64,000 nt of DNA from Chloroflexota bacterium (GTDB lineage: Bacteria; Chloroflexota; Limnocylindria; Limnocylindrales; CSP1-4): contig JAJYJO010000005.1 of the NCBI GenBank assembly GCA_021789435.1, positions 2,521 to 66,520 on the forward strand, read 5' to 3'. Shown piece after piece: positions 1 through 9,554 of this stretch. The notes beneath the pieces were generated by a model. The model was not told the origin of the DNA. It was given only the letters and a program-made list of their open reading frames with translations, and did no database searches. The stretch's first letter is position 1. Each line of letters opens with the position of its first letter. Made by a program: the position numbers and the translations under genes.

Positions 1-1
1 C

Positions 2-829
2 ATCGCCCGGGTCCGGGCGATGCGCCGCCTCGTCGACAGCGGGTGGTCTCCCAGCGCCGCCGCCATCGCGGTCCGCTCCGGAGAGGTGGGCCGGCCGGGA
101 TCGTCCGAGAGCGCGGGCGCGGCCGCCGCCGGACCGCGGCCGTCGCCCGCTCGCGACGCGCTCGTCGAGGCATTCGTGGTCGCCGCCGGCGCCTTCGACC
201 AGGGCGGCCTGGAGCGCACGCTGGACGAGATGTTCGCCAGCGGCTCATTCGAGCAGGCGGCCGGGGACTATCTCCTGCCGGCGATGGTCGCCCTCGGCGA
301 GGCGTGGGCGGCCGGGAGGCTCGACGTGGCCGCCGAGCACGGGGCCACCAACGCGGCGCTCCGCAGGCTCGCCGCCGCCTACCAGGCCGCGAGCCGCCCC
401 GTCACGGGCGGCTCGCCCGTCGGCCCGATCCTGGTCGGGCTGCCGGCGGGGAGCCGCCACGAACTCGGGGCACTGGCGTTCAGCGTCGCGGCCCGGCGGG
501 CTGGCCTCCCGGCCCTCTACCTGGGGGCGGACCTGCCGGCGGACGACTGGGTCCGCGCGGCCGCCCGTACGGACGCCGCGGGGGCCGTCATCGGCGTCGT
601 GACCCGCGCCGATGCCGAGGCCGCCGAGCGGGTGGCCGACGCGCTGCAGGCCGCGCCCCCCGATCTCCTGGTGGCATTCGGCGGCAGGGCGGCCGCGGGA
701 CCGCGGGACGGGGCGGCGCAGCGCGCCCGGCTTCGGCTGCCGGAGGACCTGGTCGCGGCGGTCGACGCACTGGCCGAGGCGCTGCGGGCCCCGGAGCGGC
801 CCGGCCCCGCCCGCCGCGCCCGGGCCTGA
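2..829 (+). CDS. MerR-family regulator with C-terminal cobalamin (B12)-binding domain (CarH/LitR-like); 5' end lies outside the window
   Basis: The frame is open back to position 2. IARVRAMRRLVDSGWSPSAAAIAV looks like the end of a MerR HTH/wing. ILVGLPAGSRHELGALAFSVAARRAGLPALYLGADLP...GAVIGVV resembles the B12-binding Rossmann-like module with the xxHxxG loop. GC3 is high. Confidence 0.6.
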   Translation: MARVRAMRRLVDSGWSPSAAAIAVRSGEVGRPGSSESAGAAAAGPRPSPARDALVEAFVVAAGAFDQGGLERTLDEMFASGSFEQAAGDYLLPAMVALGEAWAAGRLDVAAEHGATNAALRRLAAAYQAASRPVTGGSPVGPILVGLPAGSRHELGALAFSVAARRAGLPALYLGADLPADDWVRAAARTDAAGAVIGVVTRADAEAAERVADALQAAPPDLLVAFGGRAAAGPRDGAAQRARLRLPEDLVAAVDALAEALRAPERPGPARRARA

Positions 830-1040
830 CCCGTCGGGCCCTGGTTCCGCGCGGGGAGCCGGCCGCCGGCCGCGGGGCGCACCAGCGTCGGGATGGGCGA
901 GGCATGGCCACGGATCCACGGCCGCCCGCCCATTTTGCGGGGGCGCGCGCGCACCACCTTGCGGGAATCCCCCCCTTCCTGTCTCGGGAGACCGTTGCTA
1001 CACTCCGCCAACCTTCGATCGCAGCGGGGCAAGGGAGGGC

Positions 1041-2090
1041 CTGGCGACGGGAGGCAGCGTCCCGGAATTCGGTGCCGGCAGCGGAGCCGGAGGGGGTGCG
1101 GCAGGGGCGGGCGGTGGCCCGCTCTCCGGCCTCGCCGGCCTCTTCGGCGGCACGACCCTGCCCGCCATCGGCGCCGGCCTGCTGGTAGGCGTCCTGGCCG
1201 GCGGCGGCCTGCTGGCCAGCAACGCGGTCCGCTTCCCGACCTCGTCCCCGCCGCCCGCCGGTTCGAAGCTGACCCTGCTGGCCTGCCCGGGCGCCGGCCA
1301 GCCCCTGGCCCAGGTGGACCCGGGCACCAGGCTGCTGGTGACGGGGCGGAGCTCCGACGGGAGCTGGCTCCAGGTCTACTTCCCGGGACCGGCCCTCGAT
1401 CGGGCCTGGGTCACGGCCTCGGCGCTGTCCGTCACCGGCAGCACCGCCCAGCTTCCGGTCGAGGCCTGCGCGGCCCCGCCCCAGACGTCGGGCCCGACGC
1501 TGATCGCCGAGGCGTCCGAGCCACCCTCGGCCAGCCCGACTGCCTCGCCCACGGCCAGCCCCACCGCCTCGCCGACGGCCAGCCCCACCGCTAGCCCCAC
1601 TGCGAAGCCGACCGCCGAGCCCACCCCGAAGCCGACGCCCAGGCCGACCGCGCCGCCGACCGCACCACCGACGCCGGTACCGACGCCCACCGTTTCAACG
1701 CCCTCGAACCTGCCGCCAGTCATCCTCGGATCAAGCGCCAGGCCGTCAGCCGTCTACGCATTCAGCGCAACCGGGGCCCAGTGCAACAATGCGTACGTGA
1801 CCGTTCAGGCACAGGACCAGGACGCGGATGGCATCGCCGCTCGTGGCGTCTGGCTGACGCTGGTCCCGTACAGCGCGACCCAGGTGACCTACTACCTCTT
1901 GCCGGTCGTGGGCGCTGCCGGGAATCTGTACTCAGCTCAGATCGTGCCTGCCGGTAGCGGGTGGCCGGCTCCCGATCCAGCTCAGTACCCGAACGGATAC
2001 CCGCTCAGGACCACGGTCTATGCGAAAGACAACCTCGGTCTTGTGACGTCCGCCGCCGGTCCGGTATTGACAGAGCTTGGGCCGTGCTGA
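1041..2090 (+). CDS. Membrane-anchored SH3b-domain protein with Pro/Thr-rich linker and C-terminal beta-rich domain (start codon unresolved)
   Basis: Uses the frame of ORF 612..2090. Protein-like sequence and GC3 bias begin near 1040, after AAGGGAGGG (1031-1039). It has one TM (LPAIGAGLLVGVLAGGGLLA), an SH3b-like block LLVTGRSSDGSWLQVYFPG..AWV, and an (ASPT)6 linker. There is no in-frame ATG/GTG/TTG between 963 and the TM, so the 5' coordinate is a guess (CTG at 1041). Confidence 0.5.
   Translation: MATGGSVPEFGAGSGAGGGAAGAGGGPLSGLAGLFGGTTLPAIGAGLLVGVLAGGGLLASNAVRFPTSSPPPAGSKLTLLACPGAGQPLAQVDPGTRLLVTGRSSDGSWLQVYFPGPALDRAWVTASALSVTGSTAQLPVEACAAPPQTSGPTLIAEASEPPSASPTASPTASPTASPTASPTASPTAKPTAEPTPKPTPRPTAPPTAPPTPVPTPTVSTPSNLPPVILGSSARPSAVYAFSATGAQCNNAYVTVQAQDQDADGIAARGVWLTLVPYSATQVTYYLLPVVGAAGNLYSAQIVPAGSGWPAPDPAQYPNGYPLRTTVYAKDNLGLVTSAAGPVLTELGPC
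1530..1601 (+). repeat. In-frame 12-nt tandem repeat (6 copies) encoding (ASPT)6, continuing as a degenerate Pro/Thr linker to about 1700
   Basis: Direct reading: GCC AGC CCn ACn repeated six times, then AKPTAEPTPKPTPRPTAPPTAPPTPVPTPT. Confidence 0.9.
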
Positions 2091-2208
2091 CGCGGGCGTC
2101 ATTGCGGGTTCAGGCGCCCGAGCGCGGCCGCTCCGAGGGCCGGAGCGCCTCGACCAAATACGGGCCCAACAAGCCACCGAAGCCCAACCGAGACGCCAGT
2201 TTGCCGAG

Positions 2209-3747
2209 ATGAGCATCCCCGCTCCAACCACGATCCTGAAGTTCATTTTGGCGGCCGCCGTCGGGATGGGCGGCACCCTGGGCGTCGCGAGCCTGACCCA
2301 GTCCGGTCCGACGTCCACTGCCGTGGCCGGCCCGACGACCCTCTACCAGACGCCGGCCGGCAACGTCCCGGTTGCCTTCAAGGCCGTCTCGGGCGGGGCC
2401 GGCGGCGGGAGCCTGGTCCCGCTCCAGGCGCCGCCGGCCAACCAGGGCATCCAGCTCACCTCGTTCACCTCCAACCCGGTCCCGCCCAACGCCGGCTCGG
2501 ACTACCGGCCCGCCTGGACCAGCCCGAGCGGCTTCCCGCGTGTCCCACCGATCTCCCAGTTCGACGGCGGGCCCCTCCAGGGCTACAACTGCGTGATGGC
2601 CTCCGGGGCGATGCTGGCTCGCCTGGCCTACGGCATCGTCACGAGCGGCAGCCAGCTCCGTGCCCTGCAGGCCGACATCGGCCCGCAGGGCACGACGCTC
2701 GACGACCTGAACCAGGCCGTCGGCAACGGCTGGGGGGTCCACTTCGCCGAGAACTCGCTCACGCCGCTCCAGTTCCGGGCCCTGATCTATGCCGGGGCCG
2801 GCGCGGTCCTGATCGGCATCTACGGCGAGCTCCCGGTCCCCCTGCGCCTCCAGCCCGACTTCGTCGCCGCCCACGCCATCTACATCGACGGCTTCCGGCC
2901 TCCGCAGGGCGGCCGGCCGGCCGCCTACTACGTGATCGACCCGATCGGCCGACCGTGGGCCGGCTACAAGGGCGACTGGTTGCCGGCCGACGCGATCGAG
3001 TCCTTCGCGACGGATTTCGGGAGCGGGCTGATGGTCACCGCCTGGGCCTTCCCGGGCGGCCTGACGCCGCCCGCTCACTACCGGACGCTGCCGCCCGAGG
3101 CGTTCCCGACCAGCAGCCCTGGCCCGAGCCCGTCGGTTCCGGTGCTGCCCAGCCCGTCGGCGGGTGCCTCGCCGTCCGCGGGCTCCTCCGCCTCGCCGTC
3201 CGCGCCGCCGAGCGGTGCCCCGACCCCGCCGCCACTGCCGACCCCCTCCACCGGGAGTGGGGGCGGCGGAGGGAAGCACGTCGGCAGCATCTCGCCGCTG
3301 GTGCCGGCCGATATCGCCAACCTGCTGCACCTGGTGGCGACCAGCGGCGGGTCGTCGGTGGTGCCGAACTTCGGCGTCTGCCTGGCGATCCCCGTCCCGA
3401 CCGGCTGCCCGACCGGCCTGCCGGCCACCTATCCGGGCGGGCTCCATCCGGGGCCCTTCCCCACTCCGCCGCCACCGGTCCAGCTCCTCTTCGCCAGCAT
3501 CCCCGAGCCGGGCCAGGTCCAGGTGATCTTCTCGGCCTCCGGGAGCGCTTCGTCGCTCGACTTCTGGTCGACGAGCGGGTCCGGCGCGGTCCAGCCGGCC
3601 GACGTCCAGCCGGCCACGCTCGGCGGCAAGGCGGTCTGGATCGCGACGTTCCCGGTCCAGGCGGGCAGCTACGGGTTCGCCGCCGGCACCCTCGGCAGCG
3701 GCGTCGCCGGCCTGAGCCAGCTCGGCGGGCTGACGATCGGCCAGTAG
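2209..3747 (+). CDS. Secreted or membrane-anchored papain-fold (peptidase C39-like) cysteine peptidase domain protein with Pro-rich linker and C-terminal domain
   Basis: ATG at 2209 gives MSIPAPTTILKFILAAAVGMGGTLGVASL (signal/anchor). Candidate catalytic Cys in QGYNCVMASGAMLARL. Candidate His/Asp in AHAIYIDGF....YYVIDPIGRP, which matches the HxVVxxG...DP pattern of C39-like peptidases. The 2077 start would add an Arg-rich, non-protein-like leader. Confidence 0.5.
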   Translation: MSIPAPTTILKFILAAAVGMGGTLGVASLTQSGPTSTAVAGPTTLYQTPAGNVPVAFKAVSGGAGGGSLVPLQAPPANQGIQLTSFTSNPVPPNAGSDYRPAWTSPSGFPRVPPISQFDGGPLQGYNCVMASGAMLARLAYGIVTSGSQLRALQADIGPQGTTLDDLNQAVGNGWGVHFAENSLTPLQFRALIYAGAGAVLIGIYGELPVPLRLQPDFVAAHAIYIDGFRPPQGGRPAAYYVIDPIGRPWAGYKGDWLPADAIESFATDFGSGLMVTAWAFPGGLTPPAHYRTLPPEAFPTSSPGPSPSVPVLPSPSAGASPSAGSSASPSAPPSGAPTPPPLPTPSTGSGGGGGKHVGSISPLVPADIANLLHLVATSGGSSVVPNFGVCLAIPVPTGCPTGLPATYPGGLHPGPFPTPPPPVQLLFASIPEPGQVQVIFSASGSASSLDFWSTSGSGAVQPADVQPATLGGKAVWIATFPVQAGSYGFAAGTLGSGVAGLSQLGGLTIGQ

Positions 3748-4081
3748 CCGGCCCTTGCCGGGCCGGGACGGGCGCCGCCGGTCGGCCGCCGGCCGTTCGC
3801 TCCCTGCGTTGGCGCCTGGTCCATTCCCAGCCTGGCCGGGTGGCCGAGTTGCCGTCGACGATCGGAAGGCACAGTGCGCCGGATCGCCCACCTCTGGCGC
3901 ACTCGGCGGCCCGGATGGTACGATCGCAACGAGCATCGCTGTTCGGATACGCAGTCGCAGCGTCTGCGGCCGGCACGCCACGTGGGTGTCGGCGACCGTC
4001 TTCGACTCGACCGCCGTTGCAGGACGAACTCGTCCGCCCGGCCGGGCCGGCACCCGTGATGACTCAGGCAGGAGTCTGTTC

Positions 4082-5362
4082 TTGACATTCGAAGATCTCG
4101 GCCTGTCGGCCGACCTTCTCGCCAACGTCGCGCGAGAAGGATACGAGGAGCCGACGCCCGTCCAGGCGGCGGCCATCCCACTGGTTCTCGCCGGGCGCGA
4201 CGTCCTCGCCGCCGCCCAGACCGGCACCGGCAAGACGGCGGCCTTCGTGCTTCCGATCCTGGAGCGGCTGCGCCACCACGGCAACGCGGCCTTCTCGCCG
4301 GCCCGCCACCCCGTCCGGGTGCTGATCCTGACGCCGACGCGCGAGCTGGCGATGCAGATCGCCGAGTCGGTCAGAACCTACGGCCGGAGCGTCCCGCTCC
4401 GCTCGACCGTCGTCTACGGCGGTACGCGCATGGACCCCGAGATCCGGACCCTGTGGGCCGGAGTCGAGATCCTCGTCGCCACCCCCGGCCGGCTGCTCGA
4501 CCACGTCGGCCAGCGCACCGTCAACCTCAGCCAGGTCGAAGTGCTCGTCCTCGACGAGGGCGATCGGATGCTCGACATGGGCTTCATCCCCGACGTCCGC
4601 CAGATCGTCTCGCTGCTGCCGAAGTCGCGCCAGACGCTGCTCTTCTCGGCCACCTTCTCCGACGACGTCCGGCGGCTGGCGAAGGAGTTCCTGCGGGATC
4701 CCGAGACGGTCGAGGTGGCGGCCCGCAACAGCGTGGCCGACAACCTGGCCGAGGTGCTCTACCCGGTCGACGGCCGCCTGAAGGCCGACCTGTTGATCCA
4801 CCTGATCGAGCGAGACCAGATGGAACAGGTCCTGGTCTTCACCCGCAGCAAGCTCGGCGCCGGCCGGCTGGCGTCGTACCTGGACCGGCGGGGCGTCAAC
4901 ACCTCGGCGATCCATGGCGATCGCAGCCAGGCGGAGCGGACGCGCGCCCTGGCCGCCTTCAAGGGCGGGTTCGTGAAGGTGCTGGTCGCAACCGACGTCG
5001 CCTCGCGCGGCCTCGACATCGAGGGCCTGCCGTACGTCGTCAACTACGAGCTCCCCTACGAACCGCAGGACTACATCCACCGGATCGGTCGGACCGGCCG
5101 GGCCGGCGCGAGCGGCGTCGCGATCTCGCTCGTCTCGCCGGACGAGGTGGACGAGCTGCGCGGCGTCCAGCGCCTGCTGCGACGGGCCATCCCGGTGCAG
5201 GTCGTGGACGAGTTCCTGCCCGACCCGGACCGCGAGCCCGAGCCGGTGCGGCGCTTCGGCCGCGGCCATGGCTCCGCCGCCCCGGGCTCCGTGCCCGCCC
5301 CCGCATCCGGACGGGCGCGCTCCCCGCGCCCCCGGCGCTCCGCCGCGGCGGCCGGTCGCTAG
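4082..5362 (+). CDS. DEAD-box ATP-dependent RNA helicase (RhlE-like), motif II variant DEGD, Arg/Pro-rich C-terminal tail
   Basis: TTG at 4082 preceded by GGAG (4066-4070). Q-motif and motif I (TPVQAAAIP, AQTGTGKT), Ia PTRELA, II VLDEGD, III SAT, VI HRIGRTGRAG. Confidence 0.85.
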   Translation: MTFEDLGLSADLLANVAREGYEEPTPVQAAAIPLVLAGRDVLAAAQTGTGKTAAFVLPILERLRHHGNAAFSPARHPVRVLILTPTRELAMQIAESVRTYGRSVPLRSTVVYGGTRMDPEIRTLWAGVEILVATPGRLLDHVGQRTVNLSQVEVLVLDEGDRMLDMGFIPDVRQIVSLLPKSRQTLLFSATFSDDVRRLAKEFLRDPETVEVAARNSVADNLAEVLYPVDGRLKADLLIHLIERDQMEQVLVFTRSKLGAGRLASYLDRRGVNTSAIHGDRSQAERTRALAAFKGGFVKVLVATDVASRGLDIEGLPYVVNYELPYEPQDYIHRIGRTGRAGASGVAISLVSPDEVDELRGVQRLLRRAIPVQVVDEFLPDPDREPEPVRRFGRGHGSAAPGSVPAPASGRARSPRPRRSAAAAGR

Positions 5363-5394
5363 AGAGGCCGCATCCGCTCCCGCCGCGGTCACCT

Positions 5395-5426
5395 GCGCAT
5401 CCCGGGCGAACCGGCCCGGGATGCGC
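5395..5426 (+). terminator. Perfect 13-bp stem hairpin 33 nt after the helicase stop (no U-tract)
   Basis: GCGCATCCCGGGC-gaaccg-GCCCGGGATGCGC read directly. Confidence 0.5.
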
Positions 5427-5498
5427 ACCGCGAAACCCCTCGCGGGCGCTTCCGGCCCGGCGGGGCTATAGTCGGAGACAAGGCGCCCCGCGGAACCC

Positions 5499-6404
5499 GT
5501 GCCGGCGCCGTGGAACCGATGGCCCCGCTCAGGCCATGCATCCCGAGGCAGCGCGGTGTACACCAAGCTTCCCTCGCCGGGCCGGGACGTCGTCGCCATC
5601 CGGACGCTCGCCGTCCGGGGGTGGAGCGTGGAAGGGCGCTCCGACGCGCTCGCCGGCGAAGAGCCGATGGAGATCCGGGCGGCCGGCCCGGGCCAGCAAC
5701 CGTACGCGGTCGCCATCACGATGCGCACCCCCGGCGACGACGAAGAGCTCGCCGCCGGCTTCCTGTGCACCGAGGGCCTGGTCCGGCCCGGCGACATCGC
5801 CCGGATCGAGCTGGGCGACCCAGTCGAGATCGGCCGGCCCGACAACGTCGTCACCGTCCGGCTCCGCCGGCCCTTCGACGCGTCCGCGGTCGCCGCCCGC
5901 CACTTCGTCGCCACCGCCAGCTGCGGGATCTGCGGCAAGGCCTCGCTGGACGCCGTCGACGCCCGCTGCGACCCGCTGCCACCCGGCCCCACCGTGCGGC
6001 GGGCCACGATCCTCGGCCTGCCAGAGGCGCTCCGCCACAGCCAGCCGGTCTTCGAAGCCACCGGTGGGCTCCACGCCGCCGGGCTCTTCGACCCCGACGG
6101 CCGGCTGCTGGCCGCCCGGGAGGACGTCGGTCGCCACAACGCCCTCGACAAGCTCGTCGGGGCGATGCTCCTGGCCGGTCGCCTGCCCCTCCACCGGACC
6201 GCCCTGCTCGTCTCCGGCCGCGTCAGCTTCGAGATCGTCCAGAAGGCCGCCATGGCCGGCATGCCGATCGTCTGCGCCGTCTCCGCGCCGACCGACCTGG
6301 CGGTCGAGGCCGCCGAGCGCTTCGGCATGACCCTCGTCGGGTTCCTCCGCGGCGAGGGCTTCAACATCTACGTCCGCCCGGAACGGATCGAGCTGGAGGT
6401 CTGA
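5499..6404 (+). CDS. fdhD: Formate dehydrogenase accessory sulfurtransferase FdhD
   Basis: TMRTPGDDEELAAGFLCTEGLV, ASCGICGK, GGLHAAGLF, EDVGRHNALDKLVG, SGRVSFEIVQKAAMAGMPIV. The stop lies 1 nt before the next gene's ATG. The true start may be the internal GTG near 5556. Confidence 0.85.
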   Translation: MPAPWNRWPRSGHASRGSAVYTKLPSPGRDVVAIRTLAVRGWSVEGRSDALAGEEPMEIRAAGPGQQPYAVAITMRTPGDDEELAAGFLCTEGLVRPGDIARIELGDPVEIGRPDNVVTVRLRRPFDASAVAARHFVATASCGICGKASLDAVDARCDPLPPGPTVRRATILGLPEALRHSQPVFEATGGLHAAGLFDPDGRLLAAREDVGRHNALDKLVGAMLLAGRLPLHRTALLVSGRVSFEIVQKAAMAGMPIVCAVSAPTDLAVEAAERFGMTLVGFLRGEGFNIYVRPERIELEV

Positions 6405-6405
6405 A

Positions 6406-8730
6406 ATGGCCATCGCAGGATCCCCGCCGCACAAGCGTCCCCGGCTGGTCGCCCCGGAGCTCTGGGCCGGCTGGCGGCCGAACGGGATCGGCGAGCAGAA
6501 GCCGAACCACTACCAGGAGATCGCCCAGACGGTCTGGGACAACCGGCGCGCCCTGCCCTACGCCTGGCGGATCCTGAGCCAGGGCGTCTGTGACGGCTGC
6601 GCCCTGGGGGTCAGCGGCTTCCACGACTGGACGATCGACGGCGTCCACCTCTGCACGACCCGCCTGAACCTGCTCCGCCTCAACACGATGCGGCCGCTCG
6701 ACCACGACCGTCTCGCCGACGTCGCCGGGCTCCGGGCGATGAGCGGCGCGGAGCTTCGGGACCTGGGCCGCCTCGCCCACCCGATGATCCGCCGCCGTGG
6801 TGACGGCGGCTTCCGAAGGGCCACCTGGGACGAGGCGCTCGACCTCGTCGCGGACCGGATCCGGGCGACCGACCCTGATCGGCTGGCCTTCTACCTGACC
6901 AGCCGGGGGATCACCAACGAGGTCTACTACGTCGCCCAGAAGGTCGCCCGCTTCCTGGGCACGAACAACGTCGACAATGCCGCCCGCGTCTGCCACGCGC
7001 CCTCCACCGCCGGGCTGAAGAAGGCCCTGGGCGTGGGGGCCACCACCATCTCCTACAGCGACGTCCTCCAGAGCGACCTGGTCGTGCTCTTCGGCGCCGA
7101 CGTCGCCAACGCCCAGCCGGTCTTCATGAAGTACCTCTACCTGGCGCGCAAGGGCGGCACCAAGGTCGCGGTGGTCAACCCGCTCCGCGAGCCGGGCCTG
7201 GACCGCTACTGGGTCCCCTCCAACGTCGAGAGCGCGATCTTCGGCACCAAGATGACCGACGCCTGGTTCCAGGTCCACACCGGCGGCGACGTCGCCTTCA
7301 TCAACGGCGTCCTCAAGGTCCTCCTCGATGAGGGCGGGACCGACAGCGCGTTCATCCACGACCAGACGGCCGGCTTCGACGCGCTGCGCGCCTCCCTCGG
7401 CGGCCAGCCGTTCGAGGCGCTGGAGCAGGCCAGCGGGACAACCCGAGCCGAGATGGCCCGCTTCGCCCGCCTCTACGCCGGCGCGCGCTCCGCGGTCCTC
7501 GTCTGGGCGATGGGCATCACCCAGCACGTCTGCGGCAGCGACAACGTCCGGGCGATGGTCAACCTGGCCCTGGCCCGCGGCAACGTGGGCCGCGTCGGGG
7601 CGGGGCTGATGCCGATGCGCGGCCATTCCGGCGTCCAGGGAGGCGCGGAGATGGGCGCCTACGCCACCGTCTTCCCCGGCGGCGTCCCGATCACGCCGGA
7701 GAGCGCGGCCACGCTCACCGAGGCGTACGGTTTTCCGGTCCGCGGCGAGCGCGGCCTCTCGGCCGCGGAGATGATCGAGGCGGCCGGCCGCGGCGAGCTG
7801 GACGTCCTCTACTCGAGCGGCGGCAACTTCCTCGACGTCCTGCCCGACCCGGCGGCAGTCCGGGCGGCTCTCGAGCGGGTCCCGCTCCGCATCCACCAGG
7901 ACATCGTCGTCTCCAGCCAGATGCTGCTCGACCCGGCCGAGGCGGTCGTCCTGCTGCCGGCCCGGACCCGCTACGAGCAGCCGGGCGGCGGGACGGAGAC
8001 GACGACCGAGCGCCGGGTCCTGTTCAGCCCCCGCATCCGCGGCCCCAAGGTGGGCGAGGCGCGCAGCGAGTGGGAGATCCTGGTAGACCTGGCCGGCCGC
8101 GTCCACCCGGACCGGCGGCACCAGGTCGACTTCCGGACGGGCCAGCAGGTCCGCGACGAGATCGCCCGGGTGATCCCCGCCTACCGTGGCATCGAGAAGC
8201 TGCGCCGGGCCGGCGACCAGTTCCAGTGGGGCGGCCCACGGCTGTGCGACGGCTGGGTCTTCACGACGGCGGACGGGAAGGCCCACTTCGATCCGGTCGA
8301 ACCGCCGGAGCTGGCGATCCCCGAGGGCCGCTACCTGCTCTCGACTCGGCGGGGCAAGCAGTTCAACTCGATGGTGATCAAGAAGAAGGATCCCCTGACC
8401 GGGGCGGGCCGCGACGCGCTCTTCATCTCGGCCGAGGACGCGGCGGCGCTGGGGCTCGCGGACGGCGAGCCGGTCACCGTGCGCTCCGAGTCGGGCGAGG
8501 TGGCGGCCCGGGTCAAGGTGGCACCGATCAAGCCGCGCAACGTCCAGATGTTCTTTCCGGAGGCCAACCCGCTCATCGCCCCCGGCCGGCGGGACCCCGT
8601 GGCGCTGGTGCCGGACTACAACGCCACCGTCCAGGTGCTCCCCCGCCGGAGGGTGGCTGCCGCGTCCGAAGGCTCGCCCGGCGAGAGCGCGCCCGGCGGC
8701 GCCGGGGCGGGACGGGCTGCCGCCCGCTGA
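6406..8730 (+). CDS. Molybdopterin oxidoreductase alpha subunit, YdeP/FdhF-like (Cys-type, not selenocysteine)
   Basis: N-terminus KPNHYQEIAQTVWDNRRALPYAWRILSQGVCDGCALGVSGFHDWTIDGVHLCTTRLNLLRLNT is typical of the YdeP-type family. Active-site region AARVCHAPSTAGL has TGC at 6991-6993. It is paired with fdhD. Confidence 0.8.
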   Translation: MAIAGSPPHKRPRLVAPELWAGWRPNGIGEQKPNHYQEIAQTVWDNRRALPYAWRILSQGVCDGCALGVSGFHDWTIDGVHLCTTRLNLLRLNTMRPLDHDRLADVAGLRAMSGAELRDLGRLAHPMIRRRGDGGFRRATWDEALDLVADRIRATDPDRLAFYLTSRGITNEVYYVAQKVARFLGTNNVDNAARVCHAPSTAGLKKALGVGATTISYSDVLQSDLVVLFGADVANAQPVFMKYLYLARKGGTKVAVVNPLREPGLDRYWVPSNVESAIFGTKMTDAWFQVHTGGDVAFINGVLKVLLDEGGTDSAFIHDQTAGFDALRASLGGQPFEALEQASGTTRAEMARFARLYAGARSAVLVWAMGITQHVCGSDNVRAMVNLALARGNVGRVGAGLMPMRGHSGVQGGAEMGAYATVFPGGVPITPESAATLTEAYGFPVRGERGLSAAEMIEAAGRGELDVLYSSGGNFLDVLPDPAAVRAALERVPLRIHQDIVVSSQMLLDPAEAVVLLPARTRYEQPGGGTETTTERRVLFSPRIRGPKVGEARSEWEILVDLAGRVHPDRRHQVDFRTGQQVRDEIARVIPAYRGIEKLRRAGDQFQWGGPRLCDGWVFTTADGKAHFDPVEPPELAIPEGRYLLSTRRGKQFNSMVIKKKDPLTGAGRDALFISAEDAAALGLADGEPVTVRSESGEVAARVKVAPIKPRNVQMFFPEANPLIAPGRRDPVALVPDYNATVQVLPRRRVAAASEGSPGESAPGGAGAGRAAAR

Positions 8731-9083
8731 GGGCAGGCCGCGGACAGTACCCGGCCCCGGCGCCCCAGTACTATCGAGTCACTGGCGGAATGCGCGGGAC
8801 ACGGTAGAGATGGTGGGAGCGGAGTGGTCCGGTCCCCCGCCCCGAGGGCCGACCGGAAGCTCCGGGCCAGGAGGGACCGCGGTGCACGGCGCAGGATCGA
8901 GAGGGCGGCGCGAGAGTACGTCCACGGTCCGTCGCCGCCACGGCGTGGGCCAGCTGGCGATTCCGGCCGGCGCGCCGCAGAAGTTCCGCTGCGACGCCGC
9001 GGTGGCCGGACGCCCTCGACCCGTCAGGCGACCGGACCCTCCCCGGGAGCCGGCAGCTCGTCGAGCCACAGGAGTGCCCCCTG

Positions 9084-9554
9084 ATGGATCCGGCTCCGCT
9101 TCCCGTCGACCAGGATCGTGACGCCCGCATCGAGGCCATCCTCGAGCGGGCGCGACGGCTATCGGCCAATGAACTGCGTCGCCTCGTCGCCACGAGTCGG
9201 GGCGACGGAGGGATCGGTTTCGAGGACCGCCGCCAGGTCGAACGACGGCGCCGCCGGCTCCGCGCGGTCATGATCGCCGTGAGCCGGTCGCGAGCCTCCG
9301 CCCGCGCGGCCGCGGTCCAGGCGGAGGCGGTGGCGGCGGTCCGTTCGGCCGCGGCGCAGGCCCGCGTGCCGGCCGCGTTCGGCCGGCTGGGCACGCTCTT
9401 CGACGCCGAGCTTGCCGTCGCCGACGCCGCGCTCGCCGTCCTGCTCGAGGACCGTCTCGGCGCGGAGGTCGTGGCGCTGCTGAACGAACCCTGGCTGCGG
9501 GCCATCGGCAGGCCGGCGCCGAGCGCCGCGCTCGTCCGGGAGGTGCCGCGATGA
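9084..9554 (+). CDS. Hypothetical Ala/Arg-rich helical protein, translationally coupled to the GGDEF gene
   Basis: Strong GC3 bias. Its stop overlaps the next ATG (ATGA at 9551-9554). I recognise no family. Confidence 0.55.
   Translation: MDPAPLPVDQDRDARIEAILERARRLSANELRRLVATSRGDGGIGFEDRRQVERRRRRLRAVMIAVSRSRASARAAAVQAEAVAAVRSAAAQARVPAAFGRLGTLFDAELAVADAALAVLLEDRLGAEVVALLNEPWLRAIGRPAPSAALVREVPR

Noticed and set aside
6991-6993. Selenocysteine (TGA) in the YdeP/FdhF-like molybdoenzyme.
   Set aside because: The active-site codon is TGC (Cys) and the ORF is uninterrupted.
8731-9083. ORFs 8810-9121(+), 8824-9084(+) and 8779-9069(-) in the ydeP-to-GGDEF spacer.
   Set aside because: GC3 is mixed, no motifs are present, and the candidates are mutually exclusive and overlapping. 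I cannot support any of them, so the region is left unannotated.
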